From Rhina ancylostomus (taxonomy: Eukaryota), in contig JARFYF010000053.1 in the NCBI GenBank assembly GCA_030265395.1, positions 15,404,515 to 15,468,514 of the forward strand: a stretch of 64,000 nucleotides of DNA, in the 5' to 3' direction. A program made the position numbers and the translations under genes. The notes under the pieces are model-generated. The model made no database searches. It was not told where the DNA came from and saw only the letters and a program-made list of their open reading frames with translations. Positions 35,470-50,339 of the stretch are shown here, piece by piece. Each line of letters opens with the position of its first letter. Positions within the stretch are counted from its first letter, which is position 1.

Positions 35470-35825
35470 CATGACATGAGAGAAATAATTTTTTTTTGAC
35501 ACAACAAATGATTAAGGTCTGGAATGAACGAGCAATTGATTTACATAGGCATAGGCTCCAGGCCAAGTGCTGGAAGATGCAACTAAGGAAAGATGGTGCT
35601 CCCTGGTCCTTGTGGATATGATGGGTTGAATGGCCTGTATGGAGGCAGATTCTATTTTAGTGTTCAAAAGGGAGTTGGATATATAAATGAAAGGAAAGAA
35701 AATTGAGGAGGCTAATGGAAGACAATGGGGAGACTGGACAGGCTACTCTGCTCTTAATTGGAGCCAGTACTCACTGAAGGGGCGAATGGTCTCCTTCCAT
35801 GCTGGAACCGTACTGTGACTCTACA
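35470..35825 (+). mobile_element. CR1 3'-end fragments (two adjacent or nested tails)
   Basis: 'aataatttttttttgacacaacaaatgattaaggtctggaatg', 'atgggttgaatggcctg', 'ttcaaaagggagttggat...ggcgaatggtctccttccatgctg'. Confidence 0.7.
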
Positions 35826-37530
35826 ATTCTTGTTATTTTTCCCCTTCTCTCCCATTTCCAGGTGCAAACTCCTGTTCTGACTCTATTTGTTAGTTCTTTG
35901 CTCATCCTATGTCCTTGCTAGCCTGAAGTTGCTCAATACTTAGACAAGAAGATGAAGAGCACCTTATCCAGAAATTGAAATGCACCCATTTTCGGTGTGC
36001 TGAGACACTGCCATATTTAGTGCTAGTACCAAATCAAGTTGCTGGAACAAGTCGAGATTTTGGTCATGATCCAGTGTGAAACAGCATTAGGGCAGTTTAT
36101 AAGCAAAGGCGACATTTGCTTGTGGGACTTCAGTACTTCAATGCATCTGCCTCCGCATAGGAATCAGATAAGTGCGCAAGTCCTTAAAGGCACATAACAG
36201 ACAAACAACAGCAATACACATTTGGCTGCCACAGAGGAGAGAGAAGATGCAGGGAGAATGTATGTCGGCAGGGAGATCCTAAGTGCCAGGGGACCAGGGC
36301 ATCTGCCGGGATCACTAGAATATCCTGGCAGGAGGTGGCTAGAGTCCACTGGCCTTGGATAGAGCTCAGATCTGCCAACCAGCCTCAATGGCACAGCAAT
36401 GGTTCACTGGGAATTACTTCTTGGCTTTCCTTCAGTCTCAGTTCAGAGACTTTTACTCTGCTGTCAATGTGTTTCTTAGTTAAATCAGTGAGAGCTGTTA
36501 CGTTATTGAATTATTGTAATGCAAGAGGGGCATTCTATTTCTAAGATGGGCTTGCAGAGTTAAGCCTAGCACTATCAAACACAGAGCCCATTCAAAATCC
36601 TCTGCCCAAGTTTCAAATATGTCACATGGAACCTGAGCCAAGGTCAAAAGGAGAAACTAATTCCCTTCTCAGCTGGCTCCCCATTTCTTCCTTGCCACAG
36701 TGGTTTGGAGTGAAGGTTTGTTACTTAGCTGTGATCTGGTAATTTATGGCTATGTGATCCCACCTTTGTGGCATGCAAGAAATGTTTACTCCCATCAGTT
36801 TCAACATGTTGCCAGCCATAAATCCAAAGGACTTCTCAACTTTTGAACTTTTCAGTCTCTGAGAGCTGACAGGGTAATTATAGATATAGATGTCCCCTTA
36901 AAGTGAGGAGTGGCTTTTGGTAAGTGAAAACACTCCAATAACACTGCATTAGTCCAGCTTCATCAGGATCCTGCTACAATTCTGTTCATTTCATTAAACC
37001 CACTAATTTCCCATTCTGGAACCCCCTTTTTCTTGCCTGACTATTAAAATGTACCTACTGTTGTTATATTGCACCTATTGCTGGAATGATGTCACTTGGT
37101 GTGCACTTGAAGCTGGGAAATCTTTGGACACCAATATAGATTGTTGGGCTAAATGCCCTGTTTCCATCATATAACATCCGAGGTGTATAATCTCTTGATC
37201 CTTTAAAGATCTCAGGTAACCCCAATTCTATCCTAAGAATCCTACTAAGGTATAAACAAACTATCTTGTCATGTCTCTTTTTACATTCAGAGATGTTACT
37301 AGATGAATATTTATTCCTTGACCATCAAATTGTCTGGTCATTATCTCACTATCTGTGGAAACTTACAATGCACGAATTTCCTGATATATTTGTTACTTAG
37401 CAGCAGTGACTATACTTCAAAAGTAATCATTGGCTTTAAAGCTGTTTGAAATGACCTAAAGATTGATAAGTACTGTATAAATGTGAATTATATGCATCTA
37501 TATATTGTCCAAGAACTCCAAATTGGATCC

Positions 37531-37595
37531 GAATTTTCAGCACAGCTTTGTGGACCGAAGGACCTTAATTGTGTCGTAGTTTTTCTATGTTTCTA
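37531..37595 (+). mobile_element. Very short CR1-type tail with a 7-bp target-site duplication
   Basis: cagcacagctttgtggaccgaaggacc...ttctatgtttcta flanked by TGGATCC at 37524-37530 and 37596-37602. Confidence 0.7.
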
Positions 37596-38122
37596 TGGAT
37601 CCCTTAAACCTAAAATACAGTATTAGGGCACAACTTAAAGCCAAACTACTGGCAATTCCATGAATGAAATAATCTTTGAAACTATATATTCACTTTCACA
37701 ACAAAACTGCCAGCACTTTTCAATCGTACACCTGACTTCCCAGCTCACTGCTATGATGTAAAACAGTTTCACCTAGGAACTGTGAATAGAAGTGGCTGAC
37801 TTAGAGTGAAGAATCAAACACACCACCATTAAATCATGGCTGATGAACATTTGACGTAGTAGGGACCTGTGGGAGTACGGTTGCTAACTCTGGCTAGACA
37901 AATTCCTGGAGGTTTCACAACCTGACCTTCTACCCCTACTGCCCCAATGTCACAGTTCTTGCCATTAGTCACCCAACATGAAATCATACATACAGTGACC
38001 AGGTCACTTGGTCCATTGTGCCTGTCCTGGCTTTATGAAAGAGCAAATCATTTAATCTCACTTCCCTGCTCTTTTTTCGTAGTCCTGTAAACCTTCTTTC
38101 TCCCTTCCAATGTTTGTCCATT

Positions 38123-38445
38123 TCAGAGACTTTTTCCCAGGGTGACAATGGCTAACATGAGGGGACATAATTTTAAGGTGTTTGGAGGAAGATACAAGGG
38201 GGATGTCAGGGGTAAGTTTTTTTTTACACAGAGAGTGGAGGGGGCGTGGAACACACTGCTGGCAGAGGTTGTGGGGGCAGATACATTAGGGACATTTAAG
38301 AGACAGAGAATGATAGAGAAATGGGGGGCTATGTGTGAGGGNNNNNNNNNNGGAAGGATTAGATAGATCTTAGAATAGGATAACATGTCAGCACATCATT
38401 GTGGGCTGAAGGTCCTGTACTGTGCTGTTATGTTCTATGTTCTAT
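38123..38445 (+). mobile_element. Young CR1 3' end (same subfamily as 29475) abutting an older minus-strand CR1 tail (37985-38120)
   Basis: Shares 'cagagactttttcccaggg.gacaatggctaaca..aggggacataattttaaggtg' with 29695-29755. Peptide RGHNFKVFGGRYKGDVRGKFFFTQRVEGAWNTL. Confidence 0.9.
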
Positions 38446-41400
38446 TAAAAGTTATAACTCAAGTTACTTCCATGCCTTATCAGTATATTCCAGGTAACCA
38501 AAATTCATTATATATTGTAAATAAAAAGGATCACATCTCATACCTTACTGTTAATTGTCATACATTTGAAAATATTTTCTTCTTATTTACAATTGCCTTT
38601 CTGTGCAAAACACAGTTCATAGCTCCCTGTGTATTTATGATTTATCATGCATGGTAATGCATACACCTCTCTATATTCAATGCATTATTTTCCCAATGTA
38701 ACATATTGTTCAATAGATAATATACTTGTGTTTAAATTGTTCAATGTACATGGTAAAGCAGTAATTGTACAAACCCTGTGCAATAAATGACTCTTCACAG
38801 TGCTGAAACTAACTTGTTGAGATAATCAACAACCAACAGTGACTTAAACCCCTCCTTTACCCTTTCCTGTAATCTTTTTGACTTTAGTATTCTTATACCA
38901 GTAATGAAATTAGGAACCACTTTTACTAAATGGGAGAAGTGGAAACAGTAATTACTGTAAAACTATATATGCGTATTTTTGGAATCCCTAGGATAAGTGA
39001 GTGAGAGAAAGCATTGACCTGATTTTATGCTGTGAAGTCTTAGTGGCAAACACATTAATAAAGGTATTACAGTAACTGACAGATCAATTTTACATCAACA
39101 TTTTAATATTCTGGCAATAAATATAAAAGTGGAAACCATGATATAAGAATAAATTAGTCAGAGAGGCGAGATAACGAGCGGGAGAGTGAGGAAGTATGAG
39201 AGAATAAATGAGGAAGAATAAGGTGGATGAAAAGAGAGGAACCATGAGTGAACGAGCGAGACTGAGAGTGGAGGGAAGGTGAGGGATGACAAGAGAACAT
39301 GGCAGAACCTGGATACAGAGCGACAGCAAGAGAAACAGAAAACTAGAAGGCAAAAAAGAGCAGGAGAGAGAAAGCTGGGGGTGGGTCAGGGTGGTGGACA
39401 GGCAGAGTGAGCTGCCGAAAAATTCAATTGCACAACACTCCTTTGTTTTCAGTGTTACACAAATGAAAAATCATTTCTTTTCTAGAATGAAATGCTAAAA
39501 CAAACATTTCTAGATCATCTTTCATCAGCCTAGAAACGTGACATGGCATTTCAGGTATAGTCAGGTTTCAACCCTTACACAATTTCTGTGTCATGGATGA
39601 CATCATTCCCTGTATAATATTCCTTTTGGAGCATTGTAGAAGAAGTTGGATCACATCATCTCAAGACCAAGCCAGGTCAATCTTGTCTCCTGAGCACAGT
39701 ACTCACTGGACTGGGATACCTGCCAGGTAAGTCAATTACTTTCATCAGTCAGCCTTCACAAACTCCTTTGCTGCACTGCACACCCCCCACCCATAATACT
39801 CACCAATTCCATTCTGTTCCCTTCCTGTTTGACCCTGTGGTTGCTTGAGGCCAGGCCTTGATTCCCTGATGTGTTGCCTCAGCCTCCTGTCCATCCATCT
39901 CTGCAGGCCCCATTCCCTAATTCCTGATCTGTCCCACCCCCCAGACCCAGATATCCCCTTGAACATCCATGTTGCTGGCATCAAATTCTACAACCATTCT
40001 ATCCCCAGTCATCAATCCTACCCTCAGCAATGTCAGAGAGCACACAAATTCAAAGCCCAGTTAGTTGTGCTTGAAGGTCTTAGACTTTGGGCATAACTGT
40101 GGTCTGCAGCATGGTGCTAAAGATGACGTTATACCTATCCAATGGATCATTTTAGGTTCACAGAGTATTTTTGGCCAGTGCGTCCTAGAATGAAATGGCA
40201 GTGAAATAGGGATGAGATGAGGACAAATTACATCACCAAGCAAGCTGCTAATCTTTGGAATGTTGTCCTCTAGTGCATTTTGGATGCTCAGTCTTTAAAT
40301 ATATTCAAGAGAGAGATCAATTGGTGTTTGCAGACCAAAGGACTCAAGGGAAATGGGGGTGGGTAAAGTGGAGTTGAGTTAAATGCTCAACTATTTCCTT
40401 AATAAATATTAGAGCAATTTCAAAAGGCCATTTGATCTTACCTAGCTCCTGTTCCTTATATTTTAATATTCTTGGAAAGGGCTCAAGAGAACAAGTGCAA
40501 GCAAGCACTGGGAGACAGAGAGATACACCCACAGTCAGAACTACAACAATCCCATCATAAAGACTGCCTTTCACTGACACCAGGTTCAGTGGCACTGGAT
40601 TGAGATAATATCTTCTCTGTTGCTATATCCAGCACCCTAGTTGGTTCTCCTAGTGTCAGAGGAGAAACCACACCCTTCAACATACATCTGAGCTGCACTT
40701 AAAATTTCAATATAACGTCTCTGACCATCAGCCTTCTGCCAGCAATACGAAGCATGAGTTCCAATTGTTCAGCCTCAGTGAAAGACAATGTGAAATGTGG
40801 GGGCAGCAACTTATATATCCAACATATGGCTGTGACATCGACAAGATAGAACAGCCTGAGCTACAGAAAGAGGCCGTCTGGGACACAAGCAAAAAAAAGG
40901 TTGAACTTTCAGTCTTACATTTAGAAAACACTTCAAAATTCTGAATTAAAAAGAAGAATCTTTAGGATCGAATAATTCATTAATATATTCTGGGACAATT
41001 CTTTCAAAGTAGGCTTGGTTCTGTTCCAAATGCACTAAAGGGTTTTCTGCATATTTTCAAATCCATTATCTTCAGCCGATTTCATTATGCTATCATGCAC
41101 ACATCACTTTCAGTGTTGAAGTCTGACAGAAAACAAAAGACAGCAATTGTACCCACTGGATCCTGTACATAATGAATGATAATGCCAGTCATTAGGGTAT
41201 TTCAATTCCTAATAGTCATTTGATATTTTTCAAGATCTCTCATTGGCAAACTCTCTTCCACCATGTGTACTGGGTAGATGGCCAGTAATGATTATAAAGG
41301 CCAAGATTTTCTTCAGGGATAAATTCTCATCCACAATTTTATTCCCTTAAAATAAAACCTATTAAAATGGCAGAACTGAAAATAGGGTTGAAATATATAT

Positions 41401-43169
41401 CTGTCAATTGTGCCAATTAATTCCATTGTTCCATGCAGTCAAATGGGGAAACACACTGACAGTGAGAAATTGAAAGTAAAGCTATGTGCATAAGGTAAAA
41501 GATTAAGAAAGAATAAAGGTGCAGTATTTCAGGTTTTTGTGCAGTCATGAGAATGCACCCAAAATGTGTTTGAAACTGAATTGATTCAGTTGCAGTTCAA
41601 AGTTTTGTTAAAATTCATTTCCATACTCACAAATGTAAATTCTTCAATGAACTAATGCAAATAGCAAATAGGACATAATAGTTTAATTATTTTCATTAAG
41701 AAAATGTGCCTTAATGTACTTAAGAGAGATATCCTGGTGCAGCTCTTTAATAAAGCTCAAAAGGAATTTCTTTTGCTTATCCTATCCAATTTTGATGAAA
41801 ATTGCAATACATGCCTGAACACCATGGCTGAAATTTTCAACTGTGCATGTTCTGTCTGCAGGACACTCATGCAGAAGCAAGCTGTCTCATCCAGCTATGA
41901 AGTCTGATTCAGCACGACATAAAGGAAAACTGCTTGAGCAAGTCCCAGCCTGTTCTGGGAACCCACCTTAGAGAGGTCCCTTTAATGGTGAGTACTTATC
42001 TGGCTCTCTTTCAGATCCCATCATCCCCTTACACGAGCCCATGACCCTCACCTGTGCCAGTGACCCCATCCACCAATCCGCTGCATTGATTTGTTAAGCT
42101 CACCCACCCCGCCACCAATGACCATTAATCACACCCTGATCACCAATTGCAACCTTTGAATACTGTCATGAATAAAGTAATTGTTGGCCTCCCTCTACCG
42201 TCTAACGATAGAAGACCTCACCAGACTAACAAAGTGCTTTTATAAAGTTTGATTCCACCAATTGAGAAGAACTAAAATCACTGGAAATCTTTAATAACCA
42301 TACTGTGCAACTTAGCAGTTTCATTGATGTTCCACGTTCAATTTCTTATGAAGCATTTTGTTATGAAAATAAATATTTAAAATCTGCCTAATTGTGCCAG
42401 TGCAACCAAGGTTTTTAAATGCTACTTGAAGAGCCTTTTGAACCAGGGTAACCAGCAGAAACTAACAATCTTAATCCAGTTTGCGTGCAAGGCCAAACCT
42501 GGTCTACCTCACATCTTGAACCAGCGTATGAATATAAGCGATTGTAGGAGTGGCTGGTTTTCTGTTTAATATTTCCTGAGCTATTGTGCAGGTTCAGCCA
42601 ATTCCTGGATTCCATCATGTTGACTGGAAACTTGAGCCTAAAGGGCCAACAAATATTTTATTCATGACATGAAAAAGGATGATGGAGAGAAATGGTGGGA
42701 GAAACAATGAGTAAGAGGCTTGGAGAAATGTCATAAAAGAGTAAGATAGTGAGAGAACATTTGAGAGAATGGGCTTAAGGGGGTGAATGACCTACTCTTG
42801 CTCCCATTTAAGCAATATAAGAAAGGAAGAGAAAAGGGGGAAGCTCATATTAACAAGTTCATCATCAGGACATATCCAAAATGCTATGGGCATAGTAACA
42901 GACCCCACAGTTGGGGACCCCCTATCTTCCCTTCCTGATGCCAGATAGATAGCCCCAGTTCCAAAAGATCTCCCAGACTACTAGCTATGAGATGTTTGAT
43001 ATTTGTCCTTCCTAACTGAACACCTTCACTAATTAGCAGAAACAGGTGATCAGCTGAATGGTAGGATTCAACTGAGGTCTATCTTTTAACAGTTATTCAG
43101 TTTCCTACTCATGGGAATTCAAAATGGCTACAAAGTAACAGAGCAAAATCTTTTTATTATCTCATGCTA

Positions 43170-43600
43170 TTAACATAGTACTTCATCCTCAGCCACTTCA
43201 TGGAGTTATCCAAAATCAGAGGACATAAAGTGATGTTAGAGAAGGTGACCAAAATATTGAATCAAGTCGCATGGCTTTGTCTAAACTGATGAGAGAGTGA
43301 TAGGGAGATGTAAAAGTTCAGAAGGTGACTTCAAAGTTGAGGGAGTAGAATGCACAGTTACCATTGATGAAGTGATGTGATTCCAGTTTCCTCAGAGGCT
43401 GGAATTGGAGGAGTGCAGAAGTCTCAGAGAGATGGAAAGCTGGAGCTTATAGACAAAAGGGGTTGGGGTGAGGCTATGGAGAAATTTGAAGATAAAAGTA
43501 AGAAGTTTAAAATGAGGATATTGCTAGGCAGGGATGAAGGGTGATTGGAACTTGGTGTGATTTGGGATGCAGACCATTAGCTGTAGACCAACTCGTTCAC
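43170..43600 (-). mobile_element. L2 LINE 3' end, degenerate
   Basis: 'gacataaagtgatgttagagaaggtgaccaaaa', 'ggaattggaggagtgcaga', 'gaggctatggagaaatttgaa'. Confidence 0.7.
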
Positions 43601-44799
43601 AAGATTGTAAAGAAAATAAGACTGGTGGTGGATGAGAATAAAAGGGATTGTATGATAAAAACGATCAAGAACAACATTGCAAGGAGAAGGGAGAGAGAAA
43701 CAGAGACAAGGACATAGACAGAGACGGTGCAAATTGATAGTATGTGAGAGCAAGAAAACAGAGAGACAGGAAGAAGCAGGCTAAGAAATGCACAGTTACA
43801 GAGAGAGGGAAACAGACAGATGATGAAAATACATAGCAGATGTTCTCAAAGAAATAAAAATACATTACAAAAGGAACAAGAAGTAAATCACAAGGCTGAA
43901 TCTGAGCACAGAGAATCCATTTTGCCAAGAAATGCTCCTCTTGGATCTGGATTTCTATCAACAGTATATTAAAAAGCAGACAATTTGTAACCCTCTGTCC
44001 CACTGTCTATTTAATCATTCATTCAGTCGGTAACTGACTCTAAACAAAAACAATAGGAACACAGGGCACATTGTACACACAAATTATCACACTTTGAGAA
44101 TGATGTGAACTCTTATCATGAAGTGTTATACTGCATTTGGTTTATTAAAGAGTGCAGATTAAACAGACTATCTTATATCATTATTAGAAATCCTATTCAA
44201 TGAGTTTAAAAATAAAAGAGGTTTGGTCCAATGGGGCTTTGTGTACCATATATACTATTCCCTGGCCAAAACCAGGACACTAAGCAAAACCTACTTATTG
44301 TCAGTTTTGTTTCCTCTCTGCCATATTTACATTTCAGGTGAGGTGCTTTGGCAAATAGCACAAAACACCATGTTTGAAAAGACAGGGCAAGATAATCCCA
44401 GAGCTGATTAGGATGTGATGTATTTGTAACTTTCTTTTAAAAAGAAGAGGGACAGAGTGAAAGTTATGAGAAGATCCAGAGGGTAGGAATGTTTTCAGGC
44501 AATGGCTGGGGGAGGAAACTCATTCTTTTGCTTCTGAATCTGACCAGTTAGCTGCTGTCAGAAAGCAGAAGATCCTTTAAAGTGTGAGGGCATACAATTC
44601 CTGAACAAACCACAAGATTAAATAGGTCATCTGTAACACTGGGAGTTTCAGTGTACTGGGCACTTCATCTGAAAAGGAAAAATAATTAAAAATAATTCTC
44701 TACCTCCCTACATTATATTAAAATTTTCCTCTCCCAACGCAAAAGGGCCTATTTTTATATCTAAAAACCTACCACAAAAGGGTGATGGAATTGCTGCCT

Positions 44800-45560
44800 A
44801 TAATGACAGTGGAAAAAGATGATAATTTGTATTAACTAGGGAGCAACGAGTCAAGCTCATTTGCATCTTTTAGATTATATGCATTTCAGAAGTAATTTCT
44901 GGAGGGGCAATGAATGAGTATTAATTCCCGCGTGAATTCACAATATAGAAAAAAAACCATCAAACACCACACAGGGAAGGAGAGAGAAATTCGCAGCATA
45001 ATAACGGTAGCTTGCTTGGTGAGAACTAATTCACGAAGAGCATATTTCACCCGCGCATTTAGGATCGAGCATGATGGCTATAGAAAGACTGTTCCTTCAG
45101 TACTTTAACATTCTCCCAGATAATTATCATATCATATTTCATTTCTCTGCTTACAATGCTAGTCAGTCACTCTGCTCTCTTTGCAATTACTAAAGTAGAG
45201 AGAGAAAAGGTGAGTAAATCCCAGTGCATTCGATCTCTTCTTAATACCAGCCACATTTGGAGTTGGTGAACACATCGACTGAAATTTGACAAACAAAATT
45301 TGTCTTCAACCCTAATTATGACATATTTATTTGCCCTTTCCTGCAGATAATATTGGGCCTCATCTTTCAATTAGTAATTATGAAAATTAATAGCAAACAA
45401 AAGCAATAATGAATACGGCTTCAGTAATGGTGACAGCACTGCTGCAAATATGACAAGGTCAAATTATTTTTTTGTGTGTAATTCAATGAATGTCATTAAG
45501 AAACATCCAGCATAATCTGTATCCTTTGTTCGCCGTGAAACATATTTCTTTACTTTGCTG
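44800..45560. promoter_or_regulatory. Putative conserved non-coding element or enhancer upstream of the FOXP4 ATG exon
   Basis: Repeat-free and AT-rich but retains CpGs. Octamer ATTTGCAT (44859-44866), dense TAAT/ATTA motifs, TGACA sites. Confidence 0.4.
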
Positions 45561-47759
45561 ATGCATCTTATAAATTCCTTCCCATACACTGATTTTCTCT
45601 TGATGGCGTTGACTCTCAAAAGTGAACTATTCTATCACCTCTCTGGCTTGTCTTCCAGTGGCCATTTGAATGACCGTGTGTGAGCCCAGATAGCTCCAGC
45701 AGCTAGTCAGCTGAAGCAGGAAGCACACAGGCTGACTTTTCTCTCTAACCTAATTACATAACAACAGGAGCTTTATTTGATTCCTCTCTCCCAGTGCAAT
45801 GACTTTCCATTTGCTTTATTAAGGGGGTGAAAAGCCAACATTATTCCACAAGAATGAGGAATAGCCAGCAGGATAGGATGAGACTGGTGATAATTTGGAA
45901 AATGGTAAACAGGCAGCTGGCAGAGGCAGAAGTTCTGGAAGTGTCACATCTAGAGAAGTCAATGGTCTCAGTGGCAGTGGGGACAGAGGCAAGGATTAGC
46001 AATTTCTAACCATCCACCCTTAACAATGGGATTTCAATATATAACTGCAGAAATTCAGAGAAATTAATTCAAGAATATTTCCCTCAATAAGAATGCCGTG
46101 TTTCTAAATTCCTCTCCAAGTCACATCTCATTTGCAATTGGACATATCAGATGTAACTCTGTCATCATATAACAGGATATATATGAGAAATCCCTACCAA
46201 CCAGCATGTTGGCACTAGCTTTACCATACAGACTGCACTGGTTCAAGAGGAAGGACACCACTCACTCTCATTCCCCTCTGCCACCCACTGCACACCCACC
46301 AGCTACCAGGGCATCTACGTTTTTAGCTAAAAAAAGGAAATCACTCATAGGTAAGTGCTGTTGGAGGAGAACATTGCTTGGCAGTTCATGTTGTTTACTG
46401 ATTGTTATCACTGGTTCAAGGAATAGTAGGGGGCCACTGGTTGCCTCCAAAATGTTTTGCCCTTCATTTTGATCACAGAAAGTCTGTAAACTTAACTTTA
46501 CTCACCTGTTTTGGTTTCTTAACCCTTCATAACATTCATAACAAAGATTGTTAAATATCACATCTGAAGTTTTCAAATGATTCTCCCCAACCGTAATGTC
46601 TTGGGACAACTCAGGACTTTTTGTGTGAAGAATTTCTTCTTGATATCAGCTCTGAATAGTCTAACTCAACAAGAGGTTACGCTTAGATTCTAGAGGAAAG
46701 AGTTTCTCTCTAACCAAATGGCAGAGTTACGACAGGGCCTGGAACTTAAGGCTTCCATCTTTCTAAAGTTGAAATATAGGCACTTTTGAGTCCTTGCCTA
46801 TGTTTGATGGACAATCTAACAGCACAGATACGGGTATGAGGTCAAGGGAAGTGACAGAATGTAAATCTGGATGTCAATAGTGTGTGTCTGGAAGCTGAGC
46901 CTCTACATGAATGAGTAACCGAAGATGGACATACCCCATCGTAAGAGAGAGACAAAAGCCAAGGCAATAAATGGCACAAGAGAAACACTTTAGGGAGTGA
47001 AGGAAGAGTGCAAGAGGCAGTAGAGTCTGCAAGAAAGTTTCTTCTGGATTTCAATACCACATCCTCAAAATGGATAACATAAAGTAATTCAGAAAGGGGA
47101 CAACATGCATAATTCCATTTCTGATTGTTTATCCTTTACTAGCACATTTCCTTTTACGTCTAAACTTTCTGGAAGTATTTTGTTCTAATCAAATAGTTTC
47201 AGCCAGTTTAAGTTGCCCGCTTAAAATAGTCTTGGCTCCTCATCAAACTTCACAAATTTTTTTTTTAAAAAGGCACAGAGCACATAAAACTGAACATGTA
47301 CACTGCAGCTTTTGTCGGAGTTTGGATTATTCACAGTTTGAGTATATGCTCCCTCCTCCACAGGTTAATACTTTACATAAATACAGGCTTCCTTTGTTCA
47401 TGATCCCAGCTGGACTTTCAGGAAGAACTGCTGCTCAGGACTGTTGCCTCTGGGTCCTAATTGAAGGTTGCTCCTGTCTCAGGTACACTGGAGTTAAAAT
47501 TGCAGTCTGTCTTCCCAGTCTTTTTCCCACAAGACTGGATTCATGCTTCCAGTACAAAGCTTGTTAAATCTATGACATTGTGTACCTGCAGGCTATTCCA
47601 AAATTTAGGGCATCACATGCTACTGAAAATGGTGTGAGACTTGCTCATGATATATATTTCCTTCCGACATTGAAGCCAAATGTTTGGCACATTGCGTTCA
47701 TGCCAACTCTCAGGGGAATCCCATTCCCCACTTATTTCCCTGTAACCTACTCATATACG

Positions 47760-47985
47760 CATCAACATTCCCCTGCCACCATGCCAGGGGTAAGATACAG
47801 GAGACGATTAATCTGCCAACCAGCCTATCTTTGGAATGTGGGAGGACACCGGAGCACCTGGGGAAAACCCACACAGCTGGAGAGAGAATATGCAAACTCC
47901 ACACAGATGACACTGAAGGTCGGGATCAAACCTGGGTTACAGGAGCTATGAGACAGCGATGTCACACACTTTGCCATTGTGCTGC
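47760..47985 (-). mobile_element. V-type tRNA SINE
   Basis: 'ctttggaatgtgggaggacaccggagcacctggggaaaacccac...gcaaactccacacaga...gggatcaaacctggg'. Confidence 0.85.
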
Positions 47986-50339
47986 TCATGATGGATTTAA
48001 TGCAGCAAAGTAGAAAATTTACTACTGGACTCGTAATCAAAAGTTCAAGACATTTTTTGGAGACATGTTCAAGTATCAGCATGACAGTTAGGATATTTAA
48101 ATCTAGTTAATTAAATAAATCTGGGATAAAGAATCAACAACTATGGCCAATAAATTACCAGATAACTGTAGAAACCCATCCAGTTTAGTGGTGTCCTTTA
48201 ACAAAAGAAATCTGCTATCTTTGCCTAGTGTGGCCTTCAGACCCACTGGAATGCCTTCTGAAGTGGCCAATCAAGAGAATTTCAGTTGAAGGGATATAAG
48301 GCATGGGCAATAAATGCTTGCTTGTCCCGAGATGCCCATATCCTATGAATGAATTTTTTAAATAGTTACTTTTCTGAAATAAGCTAATCAACTCTTGCAG
48401 AAAGAATGGCCACTCAATGGTAGTATCAGAGAGAAGCTGGCACCTGTCCGACTTTACACGGTTGATCACTTGATTCAGGAGGGGAAGATGAATGGAGTAT
48501 ACTGAAGAACAATAGTCAGTTGATAACATACTGCATGCAATTCTTAAAGCACAGCAGGCATTGCCTCATCCAAATTGTTTGTTCCCAACAGCTGTTCTCA
48601 AATTATTAACATCCCACTAAGCCTTATAACAATGATATGGAACACAATGGTCAAGAGCACAACTGTCTTTGCTGGTCATTGACCTGAGCTGGCCAAGAGG
48701 AAGCTTAACTTGAAAGCTGAAAGCTAGCCAAGGTGATTGACCATGTCCACTTGAAAATGGAGGAAGCCATTCAGCATTTTAAGCATATTCTGTCATTCAA
48801 TGAGACCATGACTGATCTGTACCTCAGCTCTACTGACCTTCCTTTGGTCTGTATTTCTCAGTGCATTCATCCAACAAAATCTGTCATCCTTAGTCTGGAG
48901 AGCTCTAGTTGATCCCTTAACAGTTACTGTTTTGGGTGAATAAGCTCAAGATTTCCAAAATCCATTGTGTCAAAAATTGTTTCCTGCTTCCATTCCTAAA
49001 TGGCATAGTTCTAATTTTGGTTCCTACCACTGACCACTTTCCTGTGGGACGGTGAATATAAATGTCAGATCAGTTTCAGCTTGGATGCATTCTGTCTTCA
49101 AACAACTTATTTGATGACGTCATGGATGACAGACAGAGGCAGAGGTAGTGCATCTTGACTTGAGCTAAAACCTCTTGGAGAGATAGCAAGAAACGATTAG
49201 AGTAAAAATGTAGAATAAACCAGTGTAGAATAAAACCAAAAATAAAACTAAAACCTAACAGGAAACAGGGGAATTTGGACAAATGAACTAGATGTGATTT
49301 AGACATTAGGATTTTGGGAACAGTCCAAGGATTATAATATAAATACTAAACTAATAATGGGATTGGGTTGGAATGTTTCACTGGAAGTCAACTGGGATGA
49401 TCTTGGATTTAGGTTTGACTGCCCTGTATAGGACTGGCTGGACCAGTGTGTAACTAATAATCCTTTCTGCTGACAGCCCTTTGTGGCTACAGTTAGGTTA
49501 TTCGCTGCCAAGACTTTCTAATCATACAACTGTGAAACAATGAAGCTTTAGAACTCAAGTACTGCTTTCATCCCGGAGCCTAATTAACTAAATCAGGAAG
49601 ACAAAGCATTCAACTATCTCCTGTAAAGAAACAAAGTCAGTCCCGTGTAATTTAGCCTGGCTTTGATTTACTCAGTTGTTGTGTTCAGTAATCTCTTTTT
49701 CTCAGGACACAGAAGCCAAACCTTCCCTGCAGCTTTTAATTTGCATTATTTTCCCCTTAGTTTCTTTTGCCCAGTTGCTGTCACAGTCTATAACAGCTGG
49801 GCTTGGTTTATTTCAGGATGAGGTGAGGGGTTCCAGAGGTATCACACTGCATAACAGACCCTGTCAGTCTCACTTAATTTGAATCTTTACTATTTCTTCT
49901 GACCCATCTTACATCAGTGTTATCTTACACTGTATCGTTTTTCACATGTTCCAGTAATTCACCAAATAAAGCCAAATACTAACATGGACACTGAATGTCA
50001 GAAACTATTCAACATGAGGAGAGTTATAGTGCCTTTTCAATTTATTTTACTCAAAATATTTGATGCTGTGTCTCAGCTTCTACCCTTGGATTAGATGACA
50101 CACACTTCATATTTTCTTTATGATAGTGAACAGAAAATAATTCCAATAGATATGTGGCAGTTCCTATTCTTTCCTGTATCTCTGTGGGTTTCTTATCTCA
50201 TCCTTCAGAAGAGGTTGATCCTTATTGCTTTGAAGTTTGTTCTAGTCTCCAATTAAACAATTGAAAAGTAGATAGCCCAGTAAAAGAACGGAGGATTTGC
50301 ACTGAATTTTCCATTAATTGAAGGGTTGTACGTGTCATT

